Below are positions 28,843 through 39,991 of a stretch of DNA of 64,000 bases, piece by piece (positions within the stretch are counted from its first letter, which is position 1; every line of letters starts with the position of its first letter). The stretch spans positions 116,897-180,896 of the forward strand of contig CAXBMO010000013.1 of NCBI GenBank assembly GCA_963977015.1. Direction: 5' to 3'. The DNA comes from an uncultured bacterium. GTDB lineage: Bacteria > Verrucomicrobiota > Verrucomicrobiia > Verrucomicrobiales > DEV007. The notes below the pieces were generated by a model. It had not been told where the DNA came from. It did no database searches and was given only the letters and a program-made list of their open reading frames with translations. Position numbers and translations under genes: made by a program.

Positions 28843-30335
28843 GACGACGTTTCTGGCGGATGGTTTTTCATTACATGAGCGAAGGTCAGACGGGTTTCCC
28901 TGGCTGGGAACAAATAGCTAACGAAGTATCCCAGAACCAGGGAAAGGCCGAACCCGATTGGCCAATACCAGACCGAGAACCAGTCGGCGCGTTGATACAT
29001 CAGCACCAGTGTCACGATGGTTCCGAGCGAAACGCTGAGGAGGACACCCTGCCAGTTTGAGCGCTTTGAAAAGAGCGCGAGCACGAAAATCGCGAGGAGG
29101 GGGCCACCAAACGCAGCGGTGAGTTTCTTGGCTATGGCGAACACATCCCCCAACGGACCGACGAGGCAGGCCAAGGCGACCGAGAGTCCTCCAATGATGA
29201 GAAGGAGGACCCGGATGGATCGAAGCTCGCCCAACGCCGTGCTTGGGCGAAGTGATGGGAACAGGCGATCCCGGAAATCAACGACAACCGCGGTGGTGAC
29301 CGAATGAATCCCGGAGTCAATGCTGGACATGATTGCGGCAATCAGAGCGGCAAGAAAGAGGCCGCCAAGTCCGGGGGGGAAATGAAGCCGAACAAATTCG
29401 GGCAAGGCGCGATCCGCGACATTGGTTCCGGAGCCCAATTCGGCGGGATGGAGCGAATACCAACTGTAGAGGGCAACGCCGATCATGAGCAAGCCGGGCA
29501 AGACGATCCACATCCCGAGCAAATTGATGGCCGCGCCGATCTGGGAGGTCTTTTCCGATTTGGCGGAAAGGTATCGCTGCACGGCCACTTGATCGACCCC
29601 AAAAGCGGAGAGGCCCTCCAGAAAGATGCCGATGAGAATTGCCCAACTGCCATAAGCCAGGGTCATCGATGGTTTGAAGTCGAGCACCAGGCCCTCCCGG
29701 CCATCAAAATACGCGTGAATGACCTCGCCGAACGTGGATTCGCTCTTTGCCAGGATGAGTCCGACCGAAAGGAGGATCGTCAGCGCAAAGACAAAGAACT
29801 GAATCACATCCGTCCACATCACCGCGCGCAACCCACCGAGCATGGTGTATCCGATCGACACGATTCCCAGGATGATGATAACGCCCGTTTGCGAAACGCC
29901 GGCAACATTGGCAACCACGAGGGAAGCCGCATACGTCGCCGAGGCCATCCACCCAATCCGCAGCAGAATAAACAGGCCACTGGCCAGCGCGCGAACCGAT
30001 ACATGGTAGCGCAGCTCGAGATATTCATAAGCGGTCTCGACCTTGAGCCGTGCGTAGACCGGGATGAAAACCCAGATGACGATTGGCGTCATCAGGGTGA
30101 ATGCGACTAACGAGAGGCCGATGCGAAGGCTGTTGCCGAAGGCCGCGGCGGGATAGAACACAAATCTGTTGGAAGAGAAAAGGGTCGCCATGACGCTCAA
30201 TCCAACGACCAACCAACCCATCGAACGATTCGCAGCGAAAAATTCGCTGCGGGATTGGTTGTGGCCGAAATGAACGCCGATCCCGACGAGGGCAATGAGG
30301 TAAACGGCGATGACAACGAGGTCGAGAACGTGCAT
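28839..30335 (-). CDS. Sodium:solute symporter (SSS family)
   Basis: TAYEYLE, GGLRAVMWTD, DQVAVQRYL, AAIMSSIDS. Confidence 0.92.
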   Translation of the reverse strand: MHVLDLVVIAVYLIALVGIGVHFGHNQSRSEFFAANRSMGWLVVGLSVMATLFSSNRFVFYPAAAFGNSLRIGLSLVAFTLMTPIVIWVFIPVYARLKVETAYEYLELRYHVSVRALASGLFILLRIGWMASATYAASLVVANVAGVSQTGVIIILGIVSIGYTMLGGLRAVMWTDVIQFFVFALTILLSVGLILAKSESTFGEVIHAYFDGREGLVLDFKPSMTLAYGSWAILIGIFLEGLSAFGVDQVAVQRYLSAKSEKTSQIGAAINLLGMWIVLPGLLMIGVALYSWYSLHPAELGSGTNVADRALPEFVRLHFPPGLGGLFLAALIAAIMSSIDSGIHSVTTAVVVDFRDRLFPSLRPSTALGELRSIRVLLLIIGGLSVALACLVGPLGDVFAIAKKLTAAFGGPLLAIFVLALFSKRSNWQGVLLSVSLGTIVTLVLMYQRADWFSVWYWPIGFGLSLVLGYFVSYLFPARETRLTFAHVMKNHPPETSS

Positions 30336-30454
30336 TGGGATTTCAGCCGACCCTAGGGGAGCGGATGAGAAGTTGCAATGGTCTCCATCCGTGTTCGTTT
30401 GAAAAGAGGCTGGAACTTTCCCGGCGAACCTGAAACGATCACGGCCAACGCAAC

Positions 30455-31372
30455 ATGAAAACTCGCCGCCAGTTTCTCTCAGGTTCGGTTTCCGCCGCAG
30501 CGGGCTTGGCTGCTGCCGGGTGTCAGGCCTCGACGTCTTCCGACTTCATCGATGCCCACGTTCACGTCTGGACGCCGGACACGCAGCAATACCCGCTCGC
30601 GTCGAATCATACCAAGGATCAGATGAAGCCGGCGAGTTTCACACCCGAAGAGCTGTTCGCGCACGCAAGACCGGCAGGCGTGTCACGAATCGTCCTCATC
30701 CAGATGAGTTTCTACGGCTTCGACAATTCGTACATGCTCGAGGTGATGAAACGTTACCCTGGAGTCTTTGGCGGCGTTGCGGTGATTGACGAGCATGCTC
30801 CAGATGTGGTCTCGACGATGGTGAAACTGAAAGGGCTGGGAGTTCGCGGGTTTCGGATTCGTGCGACGAAAGCAATGGCGGAAGGATGGCCCGAGTCAGC
30901 GGGGATGGTCGAGATGTGGAAAGCCGGTGCAGAACACGAGATCTCCATGTGTCTCCTTGCCGATCCTGATTCGCTTCCCGGAGCGCTGAAGATGTGCAGG
31001 CAATTTCCCGATACTCCGGTGGTGATTGACCATTTCGCCAGAATTGGCGTAAGCGGAGTGATCCATCAAGCGGACGTCGACCAGCTCTCCCGCTTTGCTG
31101 ATTGTCCGAAGGTCAAGGTCAAGACCTCAGCCTTCTATGCGCTCGGAAGGAAGACCGTTCCTTATGATGATCTTGGCCCGATGATCAAGCAACTCCGCGA
31201 CGCGTTCGGACCGGAACGGTTGATGTGGGCGAGCGATTGTCCCTATCAAGTGGTTGACGGTCATCGTTATGCCGATTCGATTGCCCTGATTCGGGATCGA
31301 CTCGATTTTCTGACGGAGGACGACAAACGGTGGATGCTGCGAAAAACGGCGGAAAGCGTCTTCTTTGGTTAG
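30455..31372 (+). CDS. Amidohydrolase_2 family protein with Tat signal
   Basis: TRRQFL, IDAHVHVW, VIDH, MWASDCP. Confidence 0.9.
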   Translation: MKTRRQFLSGSVSAAAGLAAAGCQASTSSDFIDAHVHVWTPDTQQYPLASNHTKDQMKPASFTPEELFAHARPAGVSRIVLIQMSFYGFDNSYMLEVMKRYPGVFGGVAVIDEHAPDVVSTMVKLKGLGVRGFRIRATKAMAEGWPESAGMVEMWKAGAEHEISMCLLADPDSLPGALKMCRQFPDTPVVIDHFARIGVSGVIHQADVDQLSRFADCPKVKVKTSAFYALGRKTVPYDDLGPMIKQLRDAFGPERLMWASDCPYQVVDGHRYADSIALIRDRLDFLTEDDKRWMLRKTAESVFFG

Positions 31373-31373
31373 G

Positions 31374-32480
31374 CTAGCCTCCATCAAAATTCATGACGAC
31401 GTCTTCATAAAATTGGGCGGCAAACTCGACTTGTGCGAGGTCCACAAATTCCGTGGCGGCATGTGCCTGGTCGATCGAACCCGGACCAAAGATGATACTT
31501 GGGATTCCGGCGCGAGAAAGCTTCGTGGCATCGCAGCCGAAGGGAACCCCGATGGGTTCCGGATTCCCTCCCAACCGATTCATCACGTCCTGTGAGATCT
31601 TGACGATTTTGGAATCCAAAGGCGTCTCCATCGCTTCGTCGATCAGGTCTGGAGGTAGGAACTCGGCATCGATGCCGGCAAGCAGCGCCTGATATTCTGC
31701 GAGAACCTCGGTTGCGCGCTCGCCGGGGAGCATCCGGCGGTCCACGGAGATTTCACAGCGATCGGGAACAATATTGACCTGAGTGCCGCCCTTGATGGTT
31801 CCCACCGAACAGGTCGGAGAGCCAACCAAAGGATGCGCGTTTGCGGCGAGTCGCAGATGATCGTTGTCGATCGCCTGGAGCACCTTGGACATCTCCATGA
31901 TTGCGCTTTTCCCAAGGTGAGGCTTTGCGCTGTGGGCGGCTTTGCCGTGAGTTCGGATTTTCCAGCGGAGAACGCCTTTGTTCGCCGTGACGATCCGATT
32001 CAGGGTTGGTTCGGCGACAATGGCAGCCTCAGCCCCGGGGAGTTGGTCGATCAAGCCAAGAACGCCGCGGTAGGCATGTTCTTCATCGATGACCGCCGCA
32101 AGCCAAACCTCGCAGGGAGGCTCTTTCAGATTGGTTAGTGCAAACGCCATCGCGGCAAGACCGGACTTCACATCCACTGAACCTCGCCCATACAGTTTGC
32201 CGTCTCGAATCTCCGGTTCGAAGGGGGAGATGTCCATCTCGTTGGCATGAACCGTATCCATATGCGCTTCCAGGACGATTCGACGATCGGGATTCCGCCC
32301 TGGAATGCGTGCGATGACATTGGGGCGGCCGGGGAGAACTTCATCAAGGGAGACGTCAATGCCCCGGCTCTTCAGGAAGTTTTCCAGCCAAAGAGCGACA
32401 TCCCGTTCGCCTGGACCCGCCCATTCGGGATTGACGCTGTTGATCCGCACGAGTTCGGCGAGAATATCGGTTACGCCCAT
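31374..32480 (-). CDS. M20 family metallopeptidase/deacylase (ArgE/DapE-like)
   Basis: HMDTV, YGRGSVDVK, DEE, AHS, GPG...AH...E. Confidence 0.92.
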   Translation of the reverse strand: MGVTDILAELVRINSVNPEWAGPGERDVALWLENFLKSRGIDVSLDEVLPGRPNVIARIPGRNPDRRIVLEAHMDTVHANEMDISPFEPEIRDGKLYGRGSVDVKSGLAAMAFALTNLKEPPCEVWLAAVIDEEHAYRGVLGLIDQLPGAEAAIVAEPTLNRIVTANKGVLRWKIRTHGKAAHSAKPHLGKSAIMEMSKVLQAIDNDHLRLAANAHPLVGSPTCSVGTIKGGTQVNIVPDRCEISVDRRMLPGERATEVLAEYQALLAGIDAEFLPPDLIDEAMETPLDSKIVKISQDVMNRLGGNPEPIGVPFGCDATKLSRAGIPSIIFGPGSIDQAHAATEFVDLAQVEFAAQFYEDVVMNFDGG

Positions 32481-33595
32481 GCGCTGAGAACCTCCGTGAG
32501 GCAGTCAACGTCCTGCATCTGATTGTATCCGTGAATCGAAACACGCAATCGGCCAGCCTGGTGCATGACGTGGATGTTATGCTCCAAAAGAGAGTCGTTG
32601 AGCTCTCGATCCCGCGAATGTTGAAAGGATACAATGCCAGAACCATTCTCCGGTTGAGGCGGCGACATCGTTGGGATTCCCAGTTGATCCAGATTGTGAT
32701 GGAGGCGGCGGACAAGCCCGTCGGCATGGGCTGCGAGATGGGGAATGCCGATCCCGCAGAGGTAGTCCATTCCGGCCCGGAGAGCATAGATGGCCGGGAA
32801 GTTGGGCATTCCCACCGCGAAGCTTGCCGCTCCCTTCATTGGTGCGGCCCGTTCAAATCGATCCGGTTCAAAGGCATTCTTGAGGTGAAACCAACCACCG
32901 GCATACGTCGTGAGGCGGTCCGCGACGGTTTCCGGGATCGCGACCACGCAACCCCCGTGAATTCCGAGTATCCATTTGTGGGTGCTTGAGATGATACAAT
33001 CCGCATCCAGACAATCCAACTCAACCCGGCCGAAGGCCTGCGTTACGTCGACGGATAGAATCGCGTTGGGCGCCAACTCGCGAACGAGGCTGCGAAACGG
33101 CCCCCATTCCATCCGATAACCCGTTAGGAAGCTCACCAGTGAAACCTGCACCAGTTTGGTTCTGGTAGAGAGCAATTGGGCCAATGGATCCAATTTGAGA
33201 ACGCCTTTGTGATGCTTCCAAAGACCTACCTTGGGAGAATTGGGCGATCGAATCCATGGGGTGGCTCCAGCCGGGAAATCCAAGTCGGAGATCACAACCT
33301 CATCATCCGGATTCAATTGGAGGGCCGACGCCAGGAGGTTGTAGGCCTCCGAAGCGCAGGAGCAGAATGCCACTTCTTCAGGCGTTTTTGCAAGCATGCC
33401 TGCTGCGATCTTCCTGCACCGCTCCAATTCCTCAAAATGGAAGTCGCGGCCTTTCATCCCGAGAGACTTGTCACGCCAGTAGGTCTCCAGCGCTTCATGC
33501 ACGGCCAGGGGCGGAATGCCTTCCGCCGCCGAGTTGAGATACACGTTATCCTTGAGCAAAGGAAAGTCACTCTCACGGCTGTTGAAGGAAAGCAT
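32471..33595 (-). CDS. Aminotransferase class V PLP-dependent enzyme
   Basis: YLNSAA, VDVTQAFG, SSTHKW, LRVSIHGYN. Confidence 0.9.
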   Translation of the reverse strand: MLSFNSRESDFPLLKDNVYLNSAAEGIPPLAVHEALETYWRDKSLGMKGRDFHFEELERCRKIAAGMLAKTPEEVAFCSCASEAYNLLASALQLNPDDEVVISDLDFPAGATPWIRSPNSPKVGLWKHHKGVLKLDPLAQLLSTRTKLVQVSLVSFLTGYRMEWGPFRSLVRELAPNAILSVDVTQAFGRVELDCLDADCIISSTHKWILGIHGGCVVAIPETVADRLTTYAGGWFHLKNAFEPDRFERAAPMKGAASFAVGMPNFPAIYALRAGMDYLCGIGIPHLAAHADGLVRRLHHNLDQLGIPTMSPPQPENGSGIVSFQHSRDRELNDSLLEHNIHVMHQAGRLRVSIHGYNQMQDVDCLTEVLSAWA

Positions 33596-33741
33596 TCGTT
33601 AAGCTGGAACAGAAGGGCGCGAAATCAAACGGGCGGCTGCTTCGGCTCGATGCGCGGGGACTTGGTTTGGCGATTGCCTACGGCGACGGCAGTGGTGGCG
33701 CCTTACGGTTCATCCTTTCGCCTTCAACCGTGCTCGCATCT

Positions 33742-34938
33742 CTACCGAAACAAATCCGGACTTGGCCAGCGGTCTTCAATCCCCCGGATCTGCTCCTCCA
33801 CCGGCGGCTTGACTTTGGGCCAGCTGTGCGGGCGAATCCGGACGATGCGCCCAGGGCGGAAGCCTTCCAGCACGAGCGGAATTTGGATCTGCACCTGAAT
33901 CCCACTGCCGCCAAAGGCTGGGTTTTTCTCGGATTTCTCCACCGCGACCACCCTGCCATCCATTCCATCATGGTCCGGCCAAAAGGTGCGCAGGGTGTCT
34001 TCCGCTGCGGCCATCTGAGCGCCTGTATTGGGCGTGAAATCGGCATAGAGTGATTCGTCCATGCCGCCAAATAGCGTCGCGGTCACGGTTGCCTTTCCGA
34101 ATTCTCCATGGCTGACGGCATCGACCCGGGCCGGCATCCAACGCAGGCGGATGTGGCGCACGTGGCTGCCTTTTTGGCGATCCGTTGCGACCTTCATCGC
34201 AGCGTCGTCGAGCCAAACGTCGGCGGCGTGGAATTGTTGGTAAAGATACCGGGGGTGCCAGGTCAGGCCGAGCTGGATTGCCTGCCCATCGAAGTTCTTC
34301 TTGCCAGATGCCGGCCAGGATCCATCTGCGATGAGATCGGTGAGTCCGAGCAATTCGCGACCGCGCCAGATGCGGGTGGAGCTGTCGATCGTGACCTTGT
34401 GCTCGCCGCCAAGCCCTTCGCCACCGTCCTCCCGATCAAGGCTGGCGATCAGTTGACCTTCTACACCGTTGATCTCCACGGCGGTCAGGTTCCAGGCTTT
34501 GCCTTCGCGCAGACAGAGGCTCGGACCGTCCTCCAGCAGAATCGCGTGATTCTCAGCAGGCTGCGTCACGTTGTTTCCCTTCACCACGGGGACGGAGGAG
34601 GTCTTCGGATCGGGCGGGAGGTAGAAGCGGCCATACAGCACGGTTCCGATCGGAATATCCCGCAACTCGGCCGGCGCGCCGCGATAGCGGATCATGCCGT
34701 AGGGCAACATGGCGAAGTGATGCAGTTTGCCTTCGTGGTAGTGGCCGTTCACGTGCAAGCGCAGGCTTCCGCGCCGATTCACGTGATCGACGAAGACGAG
34801 TTCGCCGCGGTAGGATTTGGCTTCCTCGATGGGTGGAAACTGCCCCGGTTCCGGGCGGAATGGTTCGTCATCGGCAATCGCAATTGGTCCGATGCAAACC
34901 AGAAGGAGTAAGCAAAATGAGAAGGTGGTTCGACTCAT
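33742..34938 (-). CDS. Secreted hypothetical protein, last gene of the DUF1592-DUF1552 operon
   Basis: 398 aa with signal peptide; its start overlaps the DUF1552 stop codon. Confidence 0.75.
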   Translation of the reverse strand: MSRTTFSFCLLLLVCIGPIAIADDEPFRPEPGQFPPIEEAKSYRGELVFVDHVNRRGSLRLHVNGHYHEGKLHHFAMLPYGMIRYRGAPAELRDIPIGTVLYGRFYLPPDPKTSSVPVVKGNNVTQPAENHAILLEDGPSLCLREGKAWNLTAVEINGVEGQLIASLDREDGGEGLGGEHKVTIDSSTRIWRGRELLGLTDLIADGSWPASGKKNFDGQAIQLGLTWHPRYLYQQFHAADVWLDDAAMKVATDRQKGSHVRHIRLRWMPARVDAVSHGEFGKATVTATLFGGMDESLYADFTPNTGAQMAAAEDTLRTFWPDHDGMDGRVVAVEKSEKNPAFGGSGIQVQIQIPLVLEGFRPGRIVRIRPHSWPKVKPPVEEQIRGIEDRWPSPDLFR

Positions 34939-36287
34939 CCCAAATCCAGTTCGCGGTTGCTATCGCCAAAGTTCTCCGTTTCCACACCCATCTTCTGCGC
35001 CATGGTCAGGAGGAGGTTACTCATGTGCGCATCGCTGTTTGCGGGGCGGCCACAGAGGCGGTAGTGCGTCCCTGGCTGATCCAGTTGGTATCCGTCGAAG
35101 TGTCCCTGGTTGTGGTCGAGGTGGCGCCCATGCTTGAGCCCCAGGCCGGTTCCACCGGCGAACACCAACGGCAGGTTGGCGTTGCCGTGGCTGTGCCCGT
35201 AGGCCATGCCGCTTCCGAACAGCGCCATCGTGGTGTCGAGCAACGGACTGCCGTCGAGGTCCTTGGTCTCGGCGAGGCGCGAAAGAAAATACCCAAATTG
35301 CTCGACCGCAAACGTGTCACTCTGGGTCAGCGCTTCCATGTGATTGGGATCGCCGTTGTGATGGCTTAGCGCGTGGCGCGACTGGGTGATGCCCAGCTCG
35401 GGAATCGGCAAGCCCTGACCTTCCAAGCCGCTACTGAAAGTGGCGACCCGGGTGGCGTCGGTCTGAAATGCGAGCACGATCAAATCGTAGACGGTCCGAA
35501 AATATTCGCCGGCCTCGGTTTGCGGCACGTCCCGATTGGCGCGCTTGCGATCGGTGTCTGCAATTGACGGGCGCGGAACGTCGAGCCAGGCGTCGGCGCG
35601 ATCGGTGCGAATCTCGGTTTCCCTGACTGCGTTGAGATACTGCTCCAGACGTCCCTTGTCCTCCACTCCCATTTTCGTTTCCAGCTTGCGAACTTCTTCC
35701 AGATTCGAGTCGAGCACGCTGGCCTTGCGTCGCAGCGCCCGCCGTTGGGCTTCCGTGCCGTTCTTGGGTTCCTCAAACAGGTGAGCAAAAATCTGACGGC
35801 AGCGGCTCATTCCCGGAAGCCGGATTCCGTCCGCGGTCCAGGCCAACGACTCGCCCTTGTTCGAAACCTCGAGGGAATGAAAGCGAGTGTGCGGTGACGT
35901 CACTTCCGCCATTTTCTGGTCCACTGAAATCGTGTTGCGATCCGTAGGCCCAAGCTTTCCACCCGTCAGCCAAATCTTTTGGCAGTTGTGATGATGACCC
36001 AGTCCGCCCGGATGGTGCATCCCACTGATCGGGGTGACCACGTTGCGGTGTTTTTCCAGCGGCTTGAGCGAACGCGAAAATTCGAAGTCTTCCCCGGGCG
36101 TGGTGATTTGAAAGTCGAGCGTATTGACGCCGTTCGGGATGTAGACGAACGCGCTGCGTTTTGGCTTGTGAGCTTCAGCCGCTCGGGCGGGGTTCATGCA
36201 TTCGAGAAGCGGCAACGCGATAAAGCTGCCGAGTCCGCGCAACGCATGGCGGCGATCGATCAACCAGGATTGGGTTTGGATATTCAT
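34935..36287 (-). CDS. DUF1552 domain protein (Tat substrate)
   Basis: [45 protein letters not shown]. Confidence 0.9.
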   Translation of the reverse strand: MNIQTQSWLIDRRHALRGLGSFIALPLLECMNPARAAEAHKPKRSAFVYIPNGVNTLDFQITTPGEDFEFSRSLKPLEKHRNVVTPISGMHHPGGLGHHHNCQKIWLTGGKLGPTDRNTISVDQKMAEVTSPHTRFHSLEVSNKGESLAWTADGIRLPGMSRCRQIFAHLFEEPKNGTEAQRRALRRKASVLDSNLEEVRKLETKMGVEDKGRLEQYLNAVRETEIRTDRADAWLDVPRPSIADTDRKRANRDVPQTEAGEYFRTVYDLIVLAFQTDATRVATFSSGLEGQGLPIPELGITQSRHALSHHNGDPNHMEALTQSDTFAVEQFGYFLSRLAETKDLDGSPLLDTTMALFGSGMAYGHSHGNANLPLVFAGGTGLGLKHGRHLDHNQGHFDGYQLDQPGTHYRLCGRPANSDAHMSNLLLTMAQKMGVETENFGDSNRELDLG

Positions 36288-36292
36288 GAAGT

Positions 36293-36341
36293 TTTTAGCG
36301 GTTAGCTTTTAGCTTTTAGCTTTTAGCGGTTAGCTCTGAGC
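36293..36341. repeat. Heptamer tandem array NNTTAGC x6 plus 1 degenerate copy
   Basis: ttttagc ggttagc ttttagc ttttagc ttttagc ggttagc tctgagc. Confidence 0.95.
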
Positions 36342-36682
36342 TTCTGGAGAAATGCGTTAAGCATGCGTTTGATTTCGGTGAGTTCGGTGGTGATTTGGCT
36401 GAATTGGGGCGGAGAAAGGTATTGGAGATCGTGGGAGAGAATGAGTTGGTATTCCAACTCCGTTGCGGAGCCCATACTGTGGTCGAGGAACCGCGCAAAA
36501 TCCGCGTCCGAATTTCTGCCACAGCCTTCCGCGATGTTGGTGGGCACGGAAGAAGCGGATCTTCGCATTTGTGAGATGAGACCATACCTTTCTGAATTCG
36601 GAAATTCCTGGGTGATGCGGTAAATTTGAAGCGTGAGTTGGTGCGATCTCTCCCATATTTGCAACTGCCGAAAATCTTTCAT
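36323..36682 (-). CDS. Four-helix-bundle protein (23S rRNA intervening-sequence protein / Avd-like family)
   Basis: MKDFRQLQIW, FP.SERYGL.SQMRRSASSVPTNIAEG, GSATELEYQL; GGAG ribosome-binding site just upstream. Confidence 0.93.
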   Translation of the reverse strand: MKDFRQLQIWERSHQLTLQIYRITQEFPNSERYGLISQMRRSASSVPTNIAEGCGRNSDADFARFLDHSMGSATELEYQLILSHDLQYLSPPQFSQITTELTEIKRMLNAFLQKLRANR

Positions 36683-36692
36683 GGCTCCTAAA

Positions 36693-36727
36693 GCTAATTG
36701 CTAACTGCTAAAGGCTAACGGCTTTGA
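36693..36727. repeat. Heptamer tandem array GCTAANN x4 plus 1 degenerate copy, inverted relative to 36293-36341
   Basis: gctaatt gctaact gctaaag gctaacg gctttga. Confidence 0.93.
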
Positions 36728-39147
36728 ATCAATTCAGACAGGGCGACTGCGCGCACGACGTCTTTGAGTCGGGATTCGTTCCTTTTCGCCTCCGAGACAA
36801 TGGACTGGATTTCATCGTGGTCATCCACCGTCATGACGCGTCGCAGGGCGTAGGTGCAGAGGTGCTCGACGAAAGCTTCCAAAAAGCGGTCACGATCCTC
36901 GAGCAAAAGCTGTTTGAACTCGTGAGCATTCGCGAACTCGCGTCCATCCGGCAAGATGCCGCTGGGATTCACCGGTGGATCCTCGCCCTTGCCTTTCTCC
37001 ACCCGTTCGTGGGTGCGCCATTGACCGATCGCGTCGTATTGATCAAACGCCAGGCCGAGCGGGTCAATATTGCGATGACAGGCGGCGCAATTCGCATCCT
37101 GCGCGTGCGCTTCCAGCTTTTGGCGAATCGTTGCCTTGGGACTGTCCGGTGGATTCGGTTCAATTGGATCGACGTTCGCCGGCGGTGGTGGCGGGGTTTT
37201 GCCGAAAATCGCCTCGCTGAGCCAGACTCCACGATGAACCGGGCGATGCCGCGTGCCGTCAGACGTAAGCCCCAGAATGGCCCCCGTCGTCAGAAGGCCG
37301 CCGCGGTGAGCTTCCTGAGGCAGCGAAACGCGTTGAAAACCCGAGGTTTTGGGATCGGGCAAGCCGTAGAATTCGCACAAACGCGGATTCGCAATCGTCC
37401 AGTCGGAACTGATGAACGTATCAAGCGGCAGGTTGTTGGCGAAGACTTCGCGGAAGTAGTGCACCACTTCTTCGCGCATGCTCGCCTCCAGCCACACGTC
37501 GTATTTCGGGTAGAGCTTGAGATCTGGCGGGAACATTCCCAGACGATGCAATTGGAGCCATTGCCGGGGGAAGTCGTCCATGAACCGGTCGATTTTTGAA
37601 TCCTCCAGCATGCGGTCCACCTGCGCTGCCAGGTTCGCGCGGTCACCGGTTAGTTTCCCTTCCCGGGCAGAATCCCAAAGTGCTTCATCCGGCATCGAAC
37701 TCCAAAGGAGATAGGAAAGGCGGGAGGCCAATTCATAGTCCGTTAGTCTTTCGCGGGGAGTTTCTTCTCCCTCGACCAAATACATGAAATTCCGGGAGGT
37801 GAGCATCCCGAGCAGTGCCACCTGATAGGCTGCGAACACTTCTTCACCGGCCTTGCGCTCCGAATCGTAGGAACGCAGGTAGGGCTCGAGTTCCGTCCGC
37901 GATACCGGGCGACGCCAGGCGCGCTCGGCGAATCGTTGCAGATGATTGGCAACCTCTTCTTCGGTCGCACCTTCACCCGGCAATAGCCCTTCTCGGGTGG
38001 CGATTTCGGTTTCGCTGACGATCGGGCCTTCCCACTCAATCCAGTCCAACAGCACGGCCGAGTAAATGCCATTTCCCTCTTCATCGAACATCTTCGGCGC
38101 CGTTGGATTCAGCAATTGGGTTTCGCTGCTGTGGGTGAAGATGTAATGCGAGCTGGAGAGCGCATTGCGATAATGCCCGCCTTTCTGCCGGTTGATGATG
38201 TCGGTCGCCACGACATTGAAATCGAGGTTCGTGGGCATCTCCAAAAACACTTCGAACTCGATGATCTCCGGCTCATCTTCCGTTGCGAGAATATCGAGCT
38301 CGATCAGCCCCTCATTGGCTCCCTCAACGGTCGCTTGGCCAATCCGAAGATGCGGTGTCTGCCCGCCGGGGGGACGAATTCCGCTCACCTGCATTCTTGC
38401 GCGATACAGCCCGCTCTGTTCCGGACCAATGTGGCCAAACCAGTTCGATCTCAGGGCCTGTTGCGTCCGTCCCGGAAAAATCAGGGCCCGCAGCGGACGT
38501 TTGATTCCAAACCGATCGAGGTATTGCTGCTGAGTTTCCCCCCCGCGATAGCGCGTATCCGCCGCGGTCTTGAGCACTTTCTTGGGATCGACCGGTTTTT
38601 CGGGAAACGCCCGGGTCAGCACCGTCTCGGCCGCGCGGTAATAGCGTTCCACGTGAGAGGGCGCCAGCGAAAGCTGCGATCCGATGCGCTCAAAGCCGTG
38701 CCAGCGCGGATCCTCGTTCAACTCACCCGGTTTGGCTGGATCATAGCGCACGCCGAGCAGATCGTAGACCGTGTTCTCGTATTCCCTGCGGCTCAGGCGG
38801 TAATGTGCCACCGGCGGGCGCGCCGCCATGCGGGCTGCGCGGCCTTCGCGAATGCGGGAATCAAGCTGTTCGATCACCGTCGCGATTTCGTTTTCGGTTG
38901 GCAGCGGTTCGTCTTCCGGCGGCATTTCACCCGAATTGATTCGCTCCACGATCTCCGCCCAAAGATGGCCATTGGCACCGGATTTGAAATCGCGCGACAA
39001 CTCGTCGATTCGGAGGTCGCCCTTTGCCTTGTCCGGGCCGTGGCAACGCACGCAATGCGTTTCGAGAAATGGCTCAAATGGTTCTGCGGCGGAAAGGATC
39101 GTTGCCGGGGAAAAACAGGCGACGATAATGAAAAACAAACGGGTCAT
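36715..39147 (-). CDS. DUF1592/DUF1588 family protein with planctomycete cytochrome c domain
   Basis: [52 protein letters not shown]. Confidence 0.92.
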   Translation of the reverse strand: MTRLFFIIVACFSPATILSAAEPFEPFLETHCVRCHGPDKAKGDLRIDELSRDFKSGANGHLWAEIVERINSGEMPPEDEPLPTENEIATVIEQLDSRIREGRAARMAARPPVAHYRLSRREYENTVYDLLGVRYDPAKPGELNEDPRWHGFERIGSQLSLAPSHVERYYRAAETVLTRAFPEKPVDPKKVLKTAADTRYRGGETQQQYLDRFGIKRPLRALIFPGRTQQALRSNWFGHIGPEQSGLYRARMQVSGIRPPGGQTPHLRIGQATVEGANEGLIELDILATEDEPEIIEFEVFLEMPTNLDFNVVATDIINRQKGGHYRNALSSSHYIFTHSSETQLLNPTAPKMFDEEGNGIYSAVLLDWIEWEGPIVSETEIATREGLLPGEGATEEEVANHLQRFAERAWRRPVSRTELEPYLRSYDSERKAGEEVFAAYQVALLGMLTSRNFMYLVEGEETPRERLTDYELASRLSYLLWSSMPDEALWDSAREGKLTGDRANLAAQVDRMLEDSKIDRFMDDFPRQWLQLHRLGMFPPDLKLYPKYDVWLEASMREEVVHYFREVFANNLPLDTFISSDWTIANPRLCEFYGLPDPKTSGFQRVSLPQEAHRGGLLTTGAILGLTSDGTRHRPVHRGVWLSEAIFGKTPPPPPANVDPIEPNPPDSPKATIRQKLEAHAQDANCAACHRNIDPLGLAFDQYDAIGQWRTHERVEKGKGEDPPVNPSGILPDGREFANAHEFKQLLLEDRDRFLEAFVEHLCTYALRRVMTVDDHDEIQSIVSEAKRNESRLKDVVRAVALSELIQSR

Positions 39148-39415
39148 GTATGGGGTTAGCTATGGGGATTCACGTTGCGGGCGAAGCCTGATTTTCATTT
39201 CATCAGAAAAAATAAGGGAGAACGCGCTCATTTCCCGGTTCTCACGGCACACTCTGAGACCAGTGTCACAGTCAGCCTGAGCAGGCAAATTGATAGCTGG
39301 GTTTCCGCGTGTTCCATCGACCATCGAACGGGGCCTCCCGTAAAGTGGGCATTTTAAGCCTTCTTTTTTGTTAGATTGTGGCGCGCCAAGCTAAAGAGTG
39401 GTGAGATTATCAGTC

Positions 39416-39991
39416 ATGCCCCGCCATTTCGTTCCATCAATTCCCGATTCCGATGCCCCATGGGCGGGATATGTGGCGGAGATCGCACGGGCTCAGCCGG
39501 GGCTGCGGGCCTTTTTGCGAACACTGCTGCCTTGTGCCGGAGACGCGGATGACGTTTTGCAGGAAACCAACCTGGTGCTGTGGCAGAAACGCGAGGAATA
39601 CGATTCCAGCCGCGAATTTGGTCCTTGGGCCCGTCGCATTGCCTATTTTCAGACGCTGGCGCATTTGAAGCGGCGTACCCGGTCCCGGGAGTCACAATTC
39701 AGCGATGAGATGCTGGAACAGTTGGCGGTTGAGACCGAGCGGCGTTCGGATGCGCTGGAGGATCGCCTCCAGGCGTTGCGGTCCTGTCTGGAGAAGCTGC
39801 CTGAAAAAGACCGTGATTTGGTGAAGGCGCGCTACGCTACGGGGGCTTCCGTCAAAGCCATGGCCGGTGACATCGGCCGATCGGCGGATGCGGTGTCGAT
39901 GCACCTGTATCGGTTGCGGCAAAAGTTGGCCGGCTGCATCGCGCAGTCGCTGAAGCTCGGTGATTTCCAGGCGAAAGGAGGGGAGGGATGA
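39416..39991 (+). CDS. ECF-type RNA polymerase sigma-70 factor
   Basis: DADDVLQETNLVLW, F..WAR.IA, LRSCLEKLP, L.RLRQKL..CI. Confidence 0.93.
   Translation: MPRHFVPSIPDSDAPWAGYVAEIARAQPGLRAFLRTLLPCAGDADDVLQETNLVLWQKREEYDSSREFGPWARRIAYFQTLAHLKRRTRSRESQFSDEMLEQLAVETERRSDALEDRLQALRSCLEKLPEKDRDLVKARYATGASVKAMAGDIGRSADAVSMHLYRLRQKLAGCIAQSLKLGDFQAKGGEG

Noticed and set aside
36288-36727. CRISPR array, diversity-generating retroelement or rRNA fragment as the explanation for the repeats and Avd-like gene
   Set aside because: Units are 7 nt with no spacers. No cas gene, reverse transcriptase, TR/VR pair or rRNA sequence was seen in the window.
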